DNA from: a virus
Lineage: Duplodnaviria; Caudoviricetes
Virus record (IMG/VR): IMGVR_UViG_3300027892_002613
Location: 1 to 64,000 of that record
DNA: 64,000 bases
Strand: one strand, 5' to 3'
Position numbers and translations under genes: made by a program. Shown here one piece after another: positions 10,418-20,500 of this stretch (its first letter is position 1; every line of letters begins with the position of its first letter). The notes below the pieces were generated by a model. That model made no database searches, was not told the DNA's origin, and saw nothing but the letters and a program-made list of their open reading frames with translations.

Positions 10418-11295
10418 TGGCAGATAAAAACTTTTCAAAAATAGTAAAGCAGGATGAACAGGAAATGTTCTCTATATCATTAGTTGATATAGATAGTACT
10501 ATTGCATCCTATATGGAAACCCACATCATTCCTGAAGTAGAACAAAATAAATCTAAAGTTAAAGTTCCATTAATATATGGTAATGCTGAAAGATGGAAAG
10601 GGGCTCAAAAAGATGGATACTTAAAAGATAAATTGGGAAAAATTCAAATCCCACTTATTATGTTTAAGAGAAACTCTTTTGCTAAAAATGAGGCAATGAA
10701 GTTCTTAAAGGATGATAAGATTACATATCCAACTATTAGAAAGTTTTCGAATAAAAATGCATACGATAGGTTTTCATTACTTAATTCGGAATTCAAAAAG
10801 AGATATGAAACATTTGATGTAAAGATGCCTGATTACGTTACCGTCACTTATGAAGTAATGGTATGGACAAACTTTACAGAACATAATAATAAAATCATAG
10901 AACAATTCCAATATTTTACTGATAGATATTGGGGTGAAGATGATAGATATAAATTCAGAGTTATGATTGATAACTTTGATAACCAACAAGAAGTAGGAGC
11001 AGGAACGGAGAGAATAATAAGAACTACATTCACTATGAGTGTAAATGCTTATCTATTACCTAAGAGAGCTGATAATGTTCCTACTACACAAAAAGGATTT
11101 ACAATTAGAAAGGTTGTGGTAACTAATGAGGTTTTATTACAAGGAGGAGATGGTTATGATTTGAATGGTAGAGTTGAACCAACTACTAATAGAATAGTAG
11201 ACGAGATATTAAGTAATAATAATTTAATTCCGGAAGGTTCACCATTTGATGCTACCGAACTTCAAGATGAAAACGGAAACCCGATACAACTATAA
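10417..11295 (+). CDS. Tail terminator / sheath stabilizer (gp15-like)
   Basis: KVPLIYGNAERW, PLI, P.YV.V.YEV.VW and RT.F.M.V.AYL motifs; synteny with gp13/gp14. Confidence 0.7.
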   Translation: MADKNFSKIVKQDEQEMFSISLVDIDSTIASYMETHIIPEVEQNKSKVKVPLIYGNAERWKGAQKDGYLKDKLGKIQIPLIMFKRNSFAKNEAMKFLKDDKITYPTIRKFSNKNAYDRFSLLNSEFKKRYETFDVKMPDYVTVTYEVMVWTNFTEHNNKIIEQFQYFTDRYWGEDDRYKFRVMIDNFDNQQEVGAGTERIIRTTFTMSVNAYLLPKRADNVPTTQKGFTIRKVVVTNEVLLQGGDGYDLNGRVEPTTNRIVDEILSNNNLIPEGSPFDATELQDENGNPIQL

Positions 11296-11310
11296 AAATA
11301 TATTTAAGAC

Positions 11311-13758
11311 ATGCCTAAAATTTCACAATTACCAACACTCGAAACCATAACAACCGGAAGTATAATTCCAGTTGTAGAAAATTCAATAACACAGAAGTTA
11401 TCAGTAGGTAAACTATATGAATTCCTTAGTGGAACTTTAGACCAAACATTTGCTACGGAAATAGAATTGATGTTAAGTGCATCTTCATTAGTAACTACTT
11501 CATCGTTCAATGCTTATACTGCATCAGCTAATACATCTTCATTAGTAACTACATCTTCATTTAATTCATATACATCTTCAAATGATGGAAAGTGGAATAC
11601 ATTGGGAGGACAAACGGGTTCATTTGTAACAGAAGCGGAGACGGGTAGTTTTGTAACTAATGTATCGATGTTTTTATCTAAATCAGCATTTGATACTTAC
11701 ACAGGAAGTGCTGCAAATGCAGTTAGTTCTGCTATCAATACAGCTACTTCATCATTGAGTTCATCTAATGCGGCTTTAGATAATATACAATTATTTACAT
11801 CATCATTCAATACATTTACATCATCGGTTAATTCTACTACGCAATCTTTAAATAATTTTACTGCGAGTGTAATTGCAACCGGTTCAAATATAAACTCATT
11901 CACCGCAAGTGTAAACGGAAAGACGGGTTCATATGCGACAACCGGTTCAAATATTTTTATTGGCACACAAACTATAACCGGTTCATTAAACGTAAGTGGT
12001 AACACTGTTTTAAGTGGTTCATTGACCATAACTGGTAGTATAGTTGGTGCAAATAATTTAGTAACTACATCTTCATTCAATGCTTATACTGCATCAGTAG
12101 TAAGTGTTAATACATCTTCATTAGCAACTACTGCTTCATTAAATTCATATACATCTTCAAATGATGGAAAGTGGAATACATTAGGTGGTCAAACAGGTTC
12201 ATTTGTAACAGAAGCGGAGACAGGTAGTTTTGTGACTAATGTATCGATGTTCTTATCTAAATCGGCATTTGATACTTACACAGGAAGTGCAGCAAATGCA
12301 GTTAGTTCTGCTATTAATGCAGCTACTGCATCATTTAATTCATATACATCTTCAAATGATGGAAAGTGGAATACATTAGGTGGTCAAACAGGTTCATTTG
12401 TAACTACATCTTCATTCAATTCATTTAGTAGTTCGATTAATACAACAACTGCTTCATTAAATACTTTTAGTGCGAGTGTAATTGCTACCGGTTCATTAAT
12501 TAATACATTCACCGCAAGTGTAAACGGAAAGACAGGTTCATTTGCAACAACGGGTTCAAATACATTTATAGGTAACCAAACAATAAGTGGTTCTCTAAAT
12601 ATTACATCCACCGGTTCGGTTCAACCATCAATAGGAGATAGTCTTGAGGGTGGAAAGGTGGCGTACATACTAACATCTAGCGATGCCGGATATGACCCAA
12701 CTTTAATTAAAGGTATTATAGTAGCAACAACAGACCAAAGTACCGGAATTCAATGGTATAATGGTGCTTTTACAACCACTTCAGCAACAGGAACTGCTAT
12801 AGGAACGGGGTTATCCAATACAGATGCCATTATTGCAAGTCAAGGAGCTGTTACTACTAATTATGCAGCAGGATTAGCGAGAGCATATGGAGGTGGGGGT
12901 TATTCAGATTGGTTTTTACCATCTAAAGATGAACTTAATCAATTATATCTAAATAGAGTTGCTATTGGGGGTTTTGCGAGTGCCTTCTATTGGAGTTCTA
13001 CGGAGGCCACCCAATTCTTCACGTGGAGGCAGAACTTAAATACTGGTGTTCAGGACACCCTCGGTAAGAGTGGGCTAATGTATGTTCGCGCCATTAGGAC
13101 TTTTTCAATCCCTGCATTAACTGTGGTTGCGTTGGGTAGTAATACAACGATATCCGGTTCGTTAACTATAACTGGTTCGGTTAATATAAGTGGTTCTACG
13201 AATATTACTCAATATTTAACTGTAGGGGGTAACATAATTAATTCATCAACTGCAACTTCATTGACTTTAGATGGTGAAAATGTAACAGTTACTGGTGATT
13301 TATCTGTAGGTGGAAATGATATTAAATCAAATATAGGAACAACTGCAATCACATTAAGTGGTTCATCTGTTTCTATGCCAGGTCCTGTTACCATAACCGG
13401 TTCATTAAATGTAAGTGGTTCATTAATAGTAACTGGAAGTGCGAGAGGAAATGTAGTTCCAATAACTATTGTATCCTCAACTGCATCATTAGATATGACT
13501 TCAGGTAGTTACTTCACCCTAACTCTTGCGAACACTACGAATACACACATTAGAGCTACAAGCATAACACCTGGAATAAGTGCAACACTTTTAATTACAA
13601 CGGGTACAAACTCATCTGCATCATTATCACCTTTATTATTACAACCATCTGGTAGTTCTTATACTGCTTCATTAGGTAGTGGTAAAAAAGATGTACTTTC
13701 ATTGGTCGCATTTGATTCAACAAATATGTATGTAGTATCAACTAAAGCAATGCAATAA
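11311..13758 (+). CDS. Fibre protein with an internal DUF1566/Lcl-like (C-type lectin fold) domain
   Basis: N-terminal KISQLP; Ser/Thr repeats; internal IGD..EGGKV...DWFLPSKDELNQLY...YWSSTE...YVRAIR.F domain at about 12630-13104. Confidence 0.8.
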   Translation: MPKISQLPTLETITTGSIIPVVENSITQKLSVGKLYEFLSGTLDQTFATEIELMLSASSLVTTSSFNAYTASANTSSLVTTSSFNSYTSSNDGKWNTLGGQTGSFVTEAETGSFVTNVSMFLSKSAFDTYTGSAANAVSSAINTATSSLSSSNAALDNIQLFTSSFNTFTSSVNSTTQSLNNFTASVIATGSNINSFTASVNGKTGSYATTGSNIFIGTQTITGSLNVSGNTVLSGSLTITGSIVGANNLVTTSSFNAYTASVVSVNTSSLATTASLNSYTSSNDGKWNTLGGQTGSFVTEAETGSFVTNVSMFLSKSAFDTYTGSAANAVSSAINAATASFNSYTSSNDGKWNTLGGQTGSFVTTSSFNSFSSSINTTTASLNTFSASVIATGSLINTFTASVNGKTGSFATTGSNTFIGNQTISGSLNITSTGSVQPSIGDSLEGGKVAYILTSSDAGYDPTLIKGIIVATTDQSTGIQWYNGAFTTTSATGTAIGTGLSNTDAIIASQGAVTTNYAAGLARAYGGGGYSDWFLPSKDELNQLYLNRVAIGGFASAFYWSSTEATQFFTWRQNLNTGVQDTLGKSGLMYVRAIRTFSIPALTVVALGSNTTISGSLTITGSVNISGSTNITQYLTVGGNIINSSTATSLTLDGENVTVTGDLSVGGNDIKSNIGTTAITLSGSSVSMPGPVTITGSLNVSGSLIVTGSARGNVVPITIVSSTASLDMTSGSYFTLTLANTTNTHIRATSITPGISATLLITTGTNSSASLSPLLLQPSGSSYTASLGSGKKDVLSLVAFDSTNMYVVSTKAMQ
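11563..12420 (+). repeat. In-frame direct repeats (about 186 bp at 11563 and 12142; partial third copy at 12337)
   Basis: NSYTSSNDGKWNTLGGQTGSFVTEAETGSFVTNVSMFLSKSAFDTYTGSAANAVSSAIN is repeated, with mostly synonymous differences. Confidence 0.9.
12961..13104 (+). other. Candidate DGR variable region (VR)
   Basis: Hand count gives 71 G+C in 140 nt (12961-13100), well above the AT-rich flanks. NNC codons cluster at the variable positions of the Lcl domain tail. Confidence 0.6.
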
Positions 13759-13759
13759 T

Positions 13760-14458
13760 ATGATATTTCAAAACTTTGGATTTAATCAAAATTATCCAAT
13801 CGCCGCAGCTATTAATTTTAATTTAATTTTTGATTTGGATGCAGCTAACTTTGCTGCCGTTCCAACTAGTGGTGTATCAACAGATGCAACTGGTACTTAT
13901 ACATTAACATCAAATGCTGGTGCTTCTCTTACTTGGAATAGTGCTAATGGTGGAACATTCGCTAAATCAAATAGTACAGGAACGGATTTTATCGTTGGTG
14001 GGCCAAACTATGTTACCGCACAAAGTTATACGGTATTTATGGCATATAAGTTATCGGCAACCGCATCCGGTAGATTATTAAACACACAGAGTGAAGCAAC
14101 TAAGGATTGGTTAATGGGTGCATATAATGGAAACCCAAAAACATTCTATCCAAACTTTTCTGTAAACTTACCAGGAAGCGGTGCTGATACCGTTTGGCAT
14201 TTAGATTGGGCAACGTGGGATACGATAACTAGTACCGGTAAATTATATGCATCGACAACTACTGCACCAACTACTCATTCTTTTACAGCAACAAGTGGTG
14301 GTGGAGGTGGATTCAACCAATTAAGATTATTCAGCCGTTCAGGTGGATTTGAAGTTCAATCAGGAAATATCGCATTCGTTAAAGTATATAATGGAGTATT
14401 GGATATAGCAAGCATTCAGGCTTTACACGCAACTCACAAAGCGAGATTCGGATATTAA
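13760..14458 (+). CDS. LamG / concanavalin A-like lectin-domain virion protein
   Basis: LIFDLDAAN near the start and GNIAFVKVYNGVL....IQ.......RFG at the end, typical of phage LamG-like proteins. Confidence 0.7.
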   Translation: MIFQNFGFNQNYPIAAAINFNLIFDLDAANFAAVPTSGVSTDATGTYTLTSNAGASLTWNSANGGTFAKSNSTGTDFIVGGPNYVTAQSYTVFMAYKLSATASGRLLNTQSEATKDWLMGAYNGNPKTFYPNFSVNLPGSGADTVWHLDWATWDTITSTGKLYASTTTAPTTHSFTATSGGGGGFNQLRLFSRSGGFEVQSGNIAFVKVYNGVLDIASIQALHATHKARFGY

Positions 14459-14521
14459 AATATTGGATAATTGGAAAGAGTTATATTTATAGAAGTATAA
14501 GAAATCTACAACTACAGATAA

Positions 14522-17188
14522 ATGGCATTATTACAGATAAGAAGGGGTAATAACGGAACTAAGGGTACACTACAATATGGTGAACCTTTCTTTAATTCAA
14601 CCTTACAAACAGTTCAATTCGGAGCAAGTGGGAGTGAAGAGGTAACCCTCGTTAAATTAAATACAGGCATAGCAGGTATTAATACGTGGGGAAGTTCATC
14701 TGTGTTCGAAAACTCAGGTTCACTTTCGGTGACAGGAAATATTACTGCTTCTAATGCTTACTTTAGAGGAGATGTTACTATTAGTGGTAGTCTTAAATTA
14801 GGAGATAATGATACTGATTCTGTAACCGTTGTAGCAGATTTCACTTCCGACCTTATCCCAAACCAATCAGCTAGTTTTGATTTAGGAACTGCTGCAAAAT
14901 ATTGGAATACTGCCTATTTAGGTTCACTTTCATTAGCTGCATTAGCAGGAGTGGATGCACCAAATAATATAGTATTTGTTAATGCGGTAAATCAATTAAC
15001 AGCATCAAATGATTTCGAATACATTGAGGGAGCAAAATTAAGATTAGGTTCTGGTTCACAAGATAGATTTTGGGTAGAACCAAATACGGGTAATACTTTT
15101 GCAAGTGGTAACCTTTATGTAAGTGGAACTACTGGTATTATATTAAAGGGTAATATTTCATCTTCCGGTGGAAATTTATTTATGGTTAGTGGTGTATTTG
15201 CTAACTTAAATCCATCGTTTAATCCATCCGCAGCAGATAATGGATTGGTATTTACTCAAGGAGGTTCTTTGGTAAATATGTCCGGTATTAGATATTTCAA
15301 TGCACAGGAACAATTTAACATTGGTAATGGTAAATTCATTGTAGAAGGTACTAATGGTAATGTATTCTCAAGTGGAACATTACATGTATTAGGGCAAGTA
15401 TCAGGTTCATCTGCGATATTAACACAAACATTACAAGTTGATGGTGCAACTACACTTAATAATCAACTAAGTGTATTGGGTGCAGGTGGTAGGGTTAATA
15501 TTAATCAAGATTTAAGAGCAGATGGTAGTGGTTCGTTTGGTAATGGATTAACCGTAACCGGTAGTGTTCTTCTTAATGCAGGAAATATAGGAACAACACA
15601 GATTAGTGGAAACCTATTTATTGGAAGTAATTCACAAACGAGTATCACAAGTATTAGTGGTGCATTTTCACAGGAATATTCTGGAAGTACTTTAGAAATT
15701 TTACATAAGAGAATATCACCTTTCAGAAATGCTAGTATAATATTTGATGATGATAACTCTCCTATTATTGCTGGAGCACCTGGTAAAATAGTATTAAGAA
15801 ATCAAAGTACAGATGGTGTTTTAGATTCACAGATAACTACCGGAGTAACAAGTAGTGGTATAGTTGTATCAAATGGAGGAGGAAGTGCAGGTTCAGTTAA
15901 CATAGCATACGCAACTCCTGGAGATAATACATCGGTTAGAGTAAACATTGGTGCAACTAATGGTATCGCTTTAAATAATAGAACTCAATTAACATCAAAT
16001 TTATCGGTAACGGGTTCTACAATATTAGCAGGTGGATTAACTACTAATACAACTAATGTTTTAATAAATGGTACTGGTAATAATGCAGGTAATATTCAAA
16101 ACTTTAATACCGCATCATTTGGATTAGTAAACGTTTCATCTTCACTTTATGTAACCGGTTCAACAACTATTTTAGGTGTTGTAAATATTGGAGATTTAGC
16201 GACTAGTGCTAGTGGATTAATTGAAGGTAGTGCATCTATAGCGGGAGATTTAACCGTAAGAGGTAATTCAGTTTATTTAGGAGTAAGTAGAGTTTCTGCT
16301 GAAGCTAAATTAATTGAAATTGGAAGTGGTTCTACAATACCTTCTCAAGTAGAAGGAGCTGGTTTATTTATAAGTGGAGCTAGTGCTCAATTTGTTTATA
16401 GAGAAGTTGGTGATAGAATGTTCCTTAACAAAGGTTTAAAAATCGAAGGAGATTCTATTAGTGGATTTGGTTTACAAGTTTCTGCATCTACATACTTAAC
16501 AGGTAATTTAGAAGTAAGTGGTAACTTAGGTGTATATGGTAATATAAACTTAGGAAATGTTACTATTACAAATACCGCTTCTATTCAACACTTAATTGTA
16601 AACAATAATATTTCAGGTGGTAATAATCTTAATATTGCTAATAACGCAGCGATATCTGGTAACTTAACTATATTTGGTAATGAGATAGTAAACGGAACAC
16701 TAAAATCAAATGGTGCAACTGCTTTACATTCTACATTAAATGTTAGTGGAGCGGTAGGATTAAATAGTACATTAAGAGTAACAGGTTCTACTGCAATAAC
16801 AGGAGGATTATTTGTAAGTGGTAATACTGAATTAAGTTCTTCATTAACTGTTAAAGAGTATTCTTTCTTTGAAAAGAATATGAGAGTAAGTGGAAACTTA
16901 CAAGTTGATGGTAACCTTGAAATATTAGGAGATGTTACACAACTTCAGGTTTCTAACCTACAGATTGAAGATAAGAATATTATCATAGCAAGTGGTTCGT
17001 TATCATCTTTACAATCTGCTGATGCAGGTTTAACGATTTTAGGGCCTACTACACCTATACAATTTGTTTGGGACCACACTAATCAACGAATGAATCTTAA
17101 TAAAAATTTCAATATTAGTGGAAGTTTATTAGTTCAGGGAGATGATATAATAGATACTGCGGTTGCATTGGCAATTGCATTAGGATAA
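14522..17188 (+). CDS. Fibre protein (888 aa) with Mtd-N-like N-terminus
   Basis: LQIRRG...L..GEP N-terminal motif; beta-repeat body; C-terminal AVALAIALG. Confidence 0.7.
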   Translation: MALLQIRRGNNGTKGTLQYGEPFFNSTLQTVQFGASGSEEVTLVKLNTGIAGINTWGSSSVFENSGSLSVTGNITASNAYFRGDVTISGSLKLGDNDTDSVTVVADFTSDLIPNQSASFDLGTAAKYWNTAYLGSLSLAALAGVDAPNNIVFVNAVNQLTASNDFEYIEGAKLRLGSGSQDRFWVEPNTGNTFASGNLYVSGTTGIILKGNISSSGGNLFMVSGVFANLNPSFNPSAADNGLVFTQGGSLVNMSGIRYFNAQEQFNIGNGKFIVEGTNGNVFSSGTLHVLGQVSGSSAILTQTLQVDGATTLNNQLSVLGAGGRVNINQDLRADGSGSFGNGLTVTGSVLLNAGNIGTTQISGNLFIGSNSQTSITSISGAFSQEYSGSTLEILHKRISPFRNASIIFDDDNSPIIAGAPGKIVLRNQSTDGVLDSQITTGVTSSGIVVSNGGGSAGSVNIAYATPGDNTSVRVNIGATNGIALNNRTQLTSNLSVTGSTILAGGLTTNTTNVLINGTGNNAGNIQNFNTASFGLVNVSSSLYVTGSTTILGVVNIGDLATSASGLIEGSASIAGDLTVRGNSVYLGVSRVSAEAKLIEIGSGSTIPSQVEGAGLFISGASAQFVYREVGDRMFLNKGLKIEGDSISGFGLQVSASTYLTGNLEVSGNLGVYGNINLGNVTITNTASIQHLIVNNNISGGNNLNIANNAAISGNLTIFGNEIVNGTLKSNGATALHSTLNVSGAVGLNSTLRVTGSTAITGGLFVSGNTELSSSLTVKEYSFFEKNMRVSGNLQVDGNLEILGDVTQLQVSNLQIEDKNIIIASGSLSSLQSADAGLTILGPTTPIQFVWDHTNQRMNLNKNFNISGSLLVQGDDIIDTAVALAIALG

Positions 17189-17225
17189 ACTAAATAACTT
17201 AATAATTATATATAATTAAAAACAA

Positions 17226-17558
17226 ATGGCAAACTTTTTCAAAAATAGCTTAGAAAGTGGGGTAGGAACTGCGGGAGCAGTTGCATACACTTGTCCAGCA
17301 GGTAGAACTTCTACAGTCATAGGAGTATCTGTGGCTAATATAGCTGCAGCAGATGTTGGATTAACGGTAAAGGCACATGATGTTTCTACCGCTGATATTT
17401 CGCATGTAATCAAAGGATTTATCGTTGCTGAAAATTCAACATTAGTGTTATTTGGTGGCGACCAAAAATTAGTATTAGAAGCAGGAGATTTTATTTCGGT
17501 AACAGGTTCAGCAAATACTGCTTTCGATGTAATTGTATCTGTTTTGGAACAGGGGTAA
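17226..17558 (+). CDS. Small virion beta-sandwich protein
   Basis: MANFFKN...YTCPA....VIG..VAN...KLVLE.GD pattern, seen after AIALG-ending fibre genes. Confidence 0.6.
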   Translation: MANFFKNSLESGVGTAGAVAYTCPAGRTSTVIGVSVANIAAADVGLTVKAHDVSTADISHVIKGFIVAENSTLVLFGGDQKLVLEAGDFISVTGSANTAFDVIVSVLEQG

Positions 17559-17588
17559 TAAATAAACAAAATAAAATTCTTTTCTTAA

Positions 17589-20500
17589 ATGAAAGTAATA
17601 GGTAAACAAAATTCAGGTGTAAATTTAGTTGCAAGTGGTACACTTGGTATATCGGTATTAGGTAATAACGAAATCCTAATGAGTCTTGATAGGACATTCA
17701 TATCATCATCATTGGTGGTAAGTGAATCTCTATTTGTATCAGGAAACTCACAATTAGGTATCAACACCGCTAGTACACATGAAATCACTGGTAGTTTTTT
17801 ACTTTCCGGTTCTTCAAAACAAATTGGAACATCGGTAATAACGGGTAGTATAACTGTAACAAGAGATTCTACTTTCATTCAAGATGTATATATAAGTGGT
17901 ACTCTAAAAGGTCCGTTTTCTTCTTCAATCGAACAAAGAGTTAATTCTTTAGAGGAACAGAGATTTATATTACGAGGGGATGTAAGTGCGAATGCAGTAT
18001 TAACTGGTTCAGCAAAATCTACATATACTGCTTCATTAAACATAACATTAAATCAAATATCAGCTTCTAAGATTATTTTTCCTGAAGAATCTAGAAGAAT
18101 TTATGTTGCTGAATATGGTAGTGATATTTTAATAACTCCTCATAGAGGTAAATCACCTGCAACTGCATTTAAATCAGTTAAAGCAGCGGTACAAAGTATA
18201 TACAGCAATTATCAAATATCCGCTTCACAAGTTAGTGGGTCTGGAAATAGTGGTTCTGCAACTGAAGCTTCTGCTATTTCACAATCATATGCAACTGTTG
18301 CTGAAATATTAGCAGGTGGGTTGGGTGTAACTCCAGCCGAAGTGAAAAATGGTGCAACTACTTTAGTATTAGTTGGAAATGTATCACAAAGTTTTTACGA
18401 TGGATATGGTGGAAACTCAGAATCTTCATCAGTAAGTTCTTCATTTGCAACCGTAATAAATATATTAGGTAATGGATTAGGTGTAGTTCCTGCATTAGTA
18501 GAAAATGGTAGAACACCTGTAAAACTTTCCACAAATGTTCAGATAACAGGAACAGGTGGTACTAACGCAGTATCATCATCAATCAGTTCATCATTTGCAG
18601 TTATCACATCTATTATCAACGGAGGATTAGGAACTGCTCCGGTGGTTGTTAATAATTCAGAAGTAATATCTACAGATGCGAATAAATTAAATGCTAGAAC
18701 ATTAGTATTACAAAATAAAGGGTTTATACAGGATGAAACAGTTGAATATTTAAATGCCGTTTTTCCTTTCTTTGATTATAATAGTTTAAGATGTAAAAGA
18801 GATGTTGGTTTACTTATAGATGCCGTATTAGATGATTTAGTATTTGGAGGAAATCAAAGAACGGTTGAAGCAGGTATATCATATTATAATGGTAACTTTG
18901 GAGCCATTCAATTTGGAGGAAGTGGAGTAGCAAATACTCAAAAAGACCAAACAATAGCAGCTATTCTTTACGCAAGTAGAATGGCTCAAATCATTTCGGT
19001 AAACGGAGCGATTTCTGCACCAACTAATGCTAAATCAAATGCAAAAGCTGCATTATTAGGAAATAAATCATTAATTCAAGAAGAGATAATCTACTTCATT
19101 GAGCATGTTTATATAAAAGGTAAAGACCAGACTGGGACACCATTTACATATGATAGAGATAAATGTAGAAGAGATACTGGATATATTATAGATGGTGTTG
19201 CAACCGATTTAATACTTGGAGGAAATCAACAATCTATTATAAATGGTTCGGCATATTATAATGGAGTATTTGGAAATGGTGCGGGTGTTATAAATAACCA
19301 ATTAGTTGAGACGGTAACATCTCTTTCATACGGAGCTAGAATAGCTAAAGATGCCGTTGTAGGTAATGTAGTTGCTAAACTATCTACAAATAAAAAGAAT
19401 GCAGTTTCCTTATTGGAAATGAACAAAACATTCTTAGGAGAACAGACTGTAGGACTTATTTCTTCATCATTCCCTAATTTAATTTATAGTTCATCTAAAT
19501 GTGTTAGAGATGTTGGATTAATTACCGATTGTGTTATTGTAGATTTAATCTATGGTGGTAACGAACAGGCAATTAATGCAGGTACATCTTATTACACAAA
19601 TGCTTATGGAAATGCAGCTTTAGTTCCTGGAGCTCAATTAACGGAGACCGTAGCTGGTATTTTATATGCGGGTGCTATTGCACAGAAAGTTTCTAAAGAT
19701 GAATTTGTAACAAATACATTTGCACCTTGGTTCTCTCCATTTTTAAACTATAATGCAACTATATTTGTAGAGACCGGAACTTATATAGAAGATAACCCTA
19801 TTGTAATTCCTCCTGGAGTTGCGATTAAAGGTGATACATTAAAACAATCATTATTATATGCGAAGAATCCTAAATTGGATTACTTCCACGTACATAGTGC
19901 CGATTATATAGATTCAGTAAGATTCTTAGATTTACAAAGACCAGCTTATACTGTAGCTTTCCCTTCTGCTATTATCGATTATACGATTTCAGCGGGTAAA
20001 ATTACAAATCCGGTTGTATTGTATTCTCCTATTGGTTATACCGCTTCTGTAAATATTATGGTTGAGGAACCTGATTCTCCACCTGAAAGTGGTTCAATCA
20101 GAGCTGAATTTACACCTGTTATTTCAAATGGTAAAATTGTATCATTAACTTATGTTAACTCTGGTAGTGGATATGTTTCTACAGAGAGACCACATATTTC
20201 AATTCCTGCTCCGCAAAATCAAAGGCCGTTTATTCAGGCATCTCCGTATGTTTGGAATTCAACTGCAATCACAGGACCTTTTAATTTTAATGGAGAAAAG
20301 ATTTCTGCATTAGTACCACTTCCTTATGATTTGGATGATTTAGGTGTAGATAACACCGGAGCCGGTGGTGGTATGAGAGTGGATGGTAATTGTTGTAGAG
20401 AAGCATCACCTCGTTCTCCACTTCGTTCAATGGTAGCGGCGGCATTTACGCAAGTTAATCAGGGAGGGCCTGGACACCACGTTTGTAATACGGGATACGC

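Noticed and set aside
13130-13149. Possible DGR IMH-associated hairpin (CGTTG...GTA-GTAA-TAC...AACG) after the candidate VR
   Set aside because: The stem is short and needs a bulge; too weak to call.
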